Positions 60,555 through 64,000 of a DNA stretch of 64,000 nucleotides are shown in pieces. Location: positions 117,191-181,190 of IMG/VR virus record IMGVR_UViG_3300001765_000030; one strand, written 5' to 3'. The position numbers were made by a program, and so were the translations under genes. The stretch's first letter is position 1. Every line of letters starts with the position of its first letter. This DNA is from a virus. A model generated the notes under the pieces. That model saw nothing but the letters and a program-made list of their open reading frames with translations, was not told where the DNA came from and ran no database searches.

Positions 60555-60730
60555 AAAAAATAAAGATAGATGTGGGGAACGTCCCCCACATCCATTAAAT
60601 TGCCGGTCTAAGAGATAGTATCGTCGGGACAACGAGAGAGGTTTAATCTCTAAATACCGGCATTACTAGAAGAAGAGCAACCAATCTTCTAGTGGTGAAG
60701 AGCTAAATCGGAGGTTTAGCTCATTCTCTC
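60555..60730 (-). ncRNA. Candidate ~175-nt small RNA
   Basis: AACA-TATCAG-TG promoter motif at 60741-60730, three hairpins, terminator 60568-60592 plus U-tract; no plausible ORF. Confidence 0.55.
60568..60592 (-). terminator. Intrinsic terminator closing the small-RNA candidate
   Basis: GATGTGGGG/CCCCACATC plus U-rich tail on -. Confidence 0.75.
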
Positions 60731-60767
60731 ACTGATATGTTCCGGATAAGAAATTAATATTTATTAA

Positions 60768-61364
60768 TTACTTACCAAACATTTTCAGAATTGCGGCTTT
60801 TCGAATCGCATCAATTTCATCTTCAGGCACACCAATGATAGAAATAATTGCTCTATCAAATGATGGAAGGTTCTGAACTTCAGCAAAGATGAAGAAATCG
60901 GTCTTTTCTGAATCGAGAATCTTCTTAGGGAAGTCTCTCAAATAGAAGCGATTATTATCATCTTCAGTGAGAGACTCGTCACCTTGGTAAGTTCCCATTT
61001 CTTTAATGAAATCGAAAATCGAAGCTTTGTAACCAGATGTCGGTTTACCTTCTTTAAATGCCGCGATATAAATATCTGCCAAACATTCACCAGTTTCAGG
61101 ATTCCCATATGATTTGACATTTTCAATAGCACGTTTTGTAAACGCTTTAAGCGCCTGAGACGTGTATTTCAAACTATCCAAGGACTGTACGGACACGATT
61201 ACATCTCTGTCACCGAGATTGCCAGTACGTTTATTGCGGGTGTTTTCCAAAGTTTTAACAAACTTTTTCAACGAGATTGCACGAATGTCGCCAGATTCGA
61301 TAACTTCTTCAAAGAGATCATCGATTTCAATGGAAAGGAATTCGTTAGTTTCACTGATAGCCAT
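60768..61364 (-). CDS. Hypothetical protein
   Basis: SD GGAGGG before ATG 61364; early-type promoter. Confidence 0.75.
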   Translation of the reverse strand: MAISETNEFLSIEIDDLFEEVIESGDIRAISLKKFVKTLENTRNKRTGNLGDRDVIVSVQSLDSLKYTSQALKAFTKRAIENVKSYGNPETGECLADIYIAAFKEGKPTSGYKASIFDFIKEMGTYQGDESLTEDDNNRFYLRDFPKKILDSEKTDFFIFAEVQNLPSFDRAIISIIGVPEDEIDAIRKAAILKMFGK

Positions 61365-61406
61365 ACAGCCCTCCAAAATAATTTTAGTAGAATTTAGCTT
61401 CCTATA

Positions 61407-61424
61407 CAATATTAAATATATACG
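61407..61424 (-). promoter_or_regulatory. Early-type promoter
   Basis: CGTATATATTTAATATTG. Confidence 0.7.
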
Positions 61425-61447
61425 TTTAGGAAGCTTTTAAAAGATCG

Positions 61448-63505
61448 TTATTTCTTAATACCGATCTCGACAGTTTCTGATACTTGGTCGGAATATACTG
61501 AGTATCCGAGTTGAGTCATGATTGCAACAAATGCATCAGATGCAATACTATCCATGATATCTTCACTTTTAATATTTACATCATGATATTCAAGAGGATC
61601 TTCTTCAAGGAGCATCTTAGAAACCTTATCTCTATGAGCAAGGTTAGATCCTCCAGCAGCAAGAAGTCTGTTCACAATCAGTGGATCTGTTCGGTTAATT
61701 GCAATATTAACTTCCATTTCACCAAGTTTAATAGGGGTAGCTCTATATGGCAATCTCTTACTGTTAGAGGTGTTTTTGTGAGGAAGACCTAAAGTATTCA
61801 CATCACTAACACTTACAGAAGAGAATTTACTTTCGGTAGTGTGCTTAAGAACCATAATGTATTCTTTACCTACAATAACCGGACATATAGATTTATAGTA
61901 TTGGATTTTCTCACCCTCAGGAGTCATAACTTTGACACCAGTGGTAATCTTTGAAGGTTTAACTCCAAATTCCATATAAAGCTTTTTCATGTTTTCAAAT
62001 GTAATATTCGTGAAAGGATGTTGTCTAACATAGATTCCATTCTTCACTACATTCGCAAAGTATTCATGCTTTTGCTTAGTTGTAAGGGATTTGTAATATT
62101 TTTCAAAGTATTGAGAACTTTCAGCATCAGCAATCTTATAGAACGTGTGAAGCTTCTTGTATTTAGAAGCAAGATCTTCACATTTATCGATCTGAATTGC
62201 GACGTGATCTCCAATGAAGTTCAATTCGTGTTCATAGTGTTGACCACTGTTAGATCGACCAATTGTACCAGTTGGGTTAAGTATTACATCAATATGATTT
62301 CCATACTCATCAAATGGCATCAATTCCTTAGGCAGAACTGCACACACAACACCTTTACCACCGAATCTATTGGTTAGTTTAGAACCAAGAGATAGTGGAA
62401 CAGTTCGACCAATTGTAAACTTAAGGTACGCGAATTCGAATGAACCACTACCGTTACTGAATTTAATACCGTCTGTACTAAGCATGTTACACGCATCTAC
62501 GTAATTTTTATATGTAGCATAGCGAGTATTCGCTTCAACAGTGATATTAGCACTCTTATCCTTGATATGGACTTCAAGAGCTTTATACACATTGGTCTTA
62601 TAATCTTTGACGATGTTGTAATAGTTGATGATTTGTTGACGATGCAGGTTATCTTTATACAATTCAGCATTAGAATTGATAAAGATTTCTACATCGAGAA
62701 CTTTACCATCACCATGGTACAACTCATCATTTGTATCGATCTTGGAAAGAGCTGCAGCAGTTGTATTGCAACCAGTATTAAAATGGTCAATACTACGTTT
62801 TGCGCAGAATATTCCATCTTTAACATCACTAAATACGTCAGGGAATGATTTATAAATAAGATCATCTCCGTAAATATTTAGAAGGATATCGTTAAATCCA
62901 AGAGTAATTTCTACAGTTTTAATTGTAGCATATGTCACACGTTGTGCAAATTCTTCAGAAATGATGATACCATCTTCGATATTATCTTTCTTCGAAATGT
63001 ATGCAACGTTCGCATTTACCCCATACTTGTAGTTCAAGTTCTCATCATGAGAACTCGCTCTTGATATAACTTCCCCTTGAGCAATAGTAGTGCCAATATG
63101 CTTATTGTCTACAGCACACCCAGGTTTAAAATATCCATGCTCTTCAGCCAAGGATTCATAATGTTTATTTTCAATGATACCGATAACACCTGTCATAAGA
63201 TCTCTTACAACTAATGTATAGTGGTATCCTGGACGGGATGGGAATTTTTCAATTCTATTAAGGATTACGTAGTTTGTTTTAGCAACACGCAACGAATCAT
63301 TGTAAGAACCGAATTGTTTCTCAAACCCTGTAAACATTCGTGGAACTTCTGAATTATTCAGAATGAGCGATTGCTCATAGTAGCTTCCAGTAAGATGTAA
63401 TCTTGGACCAGAAGCCTTATTAGGAGTTGTAAGATTATACACTCCTAGAACATCGACTGGATCGGTGTTCAAGTCCAGATTTAAAAATTCTTCTTGTAAA
63501 CCCAC
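61448..63505 (-). CDS. rpoB: Phage RNA polymerase beta C-terminal subunit (probably non-virion RNAP)
   Basis: NIEDGIIISE, GSKLTNRFGGKGVV, MPFDEYGNHIDVILNP, YIMVLKH, KLGEMEV; GTG start with GGAGG. Confidence 0.92.
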   Translation of the reverse strand: MGLQEEFLNLDLNTDPVDVLGVYNLTTPNKASGPRLHLTGSYYEQSLILNNSEVPRMFTGFEKQFGSYNDSLRVAKTNYVILNRIEKFPSRPGYHYTLVVRDLMTGVIGIIENKHYESLAEEHGYFKPGCAVDNKHIGTTIAQGEVISRASSHDENLNYKYGVNANVAYISKKDNIEDGIIISEEFAQRVTYATIKTVEITLGFNDILLNIYGDDLIYKSFPDVFSDVKDGIFCAKRSIDHFNTGCNTTAAALSKIDTNDELYHGDGKVLDVEIFINSNAELYKDNLHRQQIINYYNIVKDYKTNVYKALEVHIKDKSANITVEANTRYATYKNYVDACNMLSTDGIKFSNGSGSFEFAYLKFTIGRTVPLSLGSKLTNRFGGKGVVCAVLPKELMPFDEYGNHIDVILNPTGTIGRSNSGQHYEHELNFIGDHVAIQIDKCEDLASKYKKLHTFYKIADAESSQYFEKYYKSLTTKQKHEYFANVVKNGIYVRQHPFTNITFENMKKLYMEFGVKPSKITTGVKVMTPEGEKIQYYKSICPVIVGKEYIMVLKHTTESKFSSVSVSDVNTLGLPHKNTSNSKRLPYRATPIKLGEMEVNIAINRTDPLIVNRLLAAGGSNLAHRDKVSKMLLEEDPLEYHDVNIKSEDIMDSIASDAFVAIMTQLGYSVYSDQVSETVEIGIKK

Positions 63506-63551
63506 GTTACCTCCGAGTTATGGATTTTATATTATATACTAGGTATATCTC

Positions 63552-63570
63552 TCAATACCTAATATATAAT
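63552..63570 (-). promoter_or_regulatory. Early-type promoter variant
   Basis: ATTATATATTAGGTATTGA. Confidence 0.55.
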
Positions 63571-63586
63571 TAATGAACCTCTTCAA

Positions 63587-64000
63587 TTATTTCACTTTTC
63601 TACCGGGACATGGATCATATACAGATCCTTTAACGCCACGCATAGTTCCTTGTTCATGATTATGCATAATCTCTTGAAGAATATTTACGTTACAAGGACT
63701 AACATAGCCATTTCCGAGACCAGTAAACATGTTACCATACCATGCATCCATCTGAGTACCAACCATTTCATCATTACCAAATTCTCTCAAATTGTAATGA
63801 GGATAAGGAATAGTCATACTCACAATGACTGACGTTCTGATATAGAATGGAAGTTCTGCAAATTTCTTGAGATTAATCTCGCCAAATCTCTTCTTAACAA
63901 TCATGTGATTACCCATATGGTACTTAGCAGTGAAGCTGATAGCTCGGCTAAGAATTGGATATTCATGACATTTCGCGATCAGATTACGACGTGTAACTTT
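63587..64000 (-). CDS. Hypothetical protein, 5'-truncated by window edge
   Basis: Frame of 63587..63916 stays open to 64000. Confidence 0.7.
   Translation of the reverse strand, partial: KVTRRNLIAKCHEYPILSRAISFTAKYHMGNHMIVKKRFGEINLKKFAELPFYIRTSVIVSMTIPYPHYNLREFGNDEMVGTQMDAWYGNMFTGLGNGYVSPCNVNILQEIMHNHEQGTMRGVKGSVYDPCPGRKVK

Noticed and set aside
60716-60724. ATG-AGC-TAA minigene at the 5' end of the small-RNA candidate
   Set aside because: Only a 6-nt leader, and it lies in a hairpin stem; likely incidental
1-64000. Alternative genetic code (stop-codon reassignment)
   Set aside because: Conserved genes are full length under code 11; TAA, TGA (35965, 15323) and TAG (40855) all end genes at sensible positions
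1-64000. tRNA, tmRNA, rRNA genes; introns or inteins in RNAP, polymerase or gyrase genes
   Set aside because: No cloverleaf/T-loop-CCA pattern recognised in intergenic gaps; core genes are continuous with expected motif spacing
1-64000. Chimallin (nuclear shell) gene
   Set aside because: No ORF could be assigned by eye; absence from this window says nothing about the rest of the genome

Overview
AT-rich, densely coded segment of a jumbo myovirus of the phiKZ/AR9 (PBS1)-like supergroup, read with the standard genetic code. Recognisable genes: five subunits of two phage multisubunit RNA polymerases (probable non-virion beta-C and sigma-like subunits; probable virion beta'-N with DFDGD, beta'-C and a small beta C-terminal subunit), split family-B DNA polymerase, SF2 helicase, SSB-like protein, gyrA and gyrB, PhuZ/TubZ-like tubulin, GroEL-like chaperonin, portal, tape-measure-like protein, tail/baseplate proteins, GH19 endolysin and a secreted HNH nuclease. 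Two promoter classes can be read from the intergenic DNA, always oriented toward the downstream gene. TATATATnnAnTnnTG precedes early-type genes (nvRNAP subunits, gyrB, tubulin). AACA-N6-T(G/A), which matches the AR9 late consensus, precedes virion and vRNAP genes. The least explained elements are two ORF-free, promoter- and terminator-bounded structured RNA candidates: 10361-10697, and 60555-60730, which is complementary to the ribosome-binding sites of several early genes. There is also a likely programmed -1 frameshift in a tail-assembly chaperone pair. All family assignments come from motifs recognised by eye; no database searches were run.
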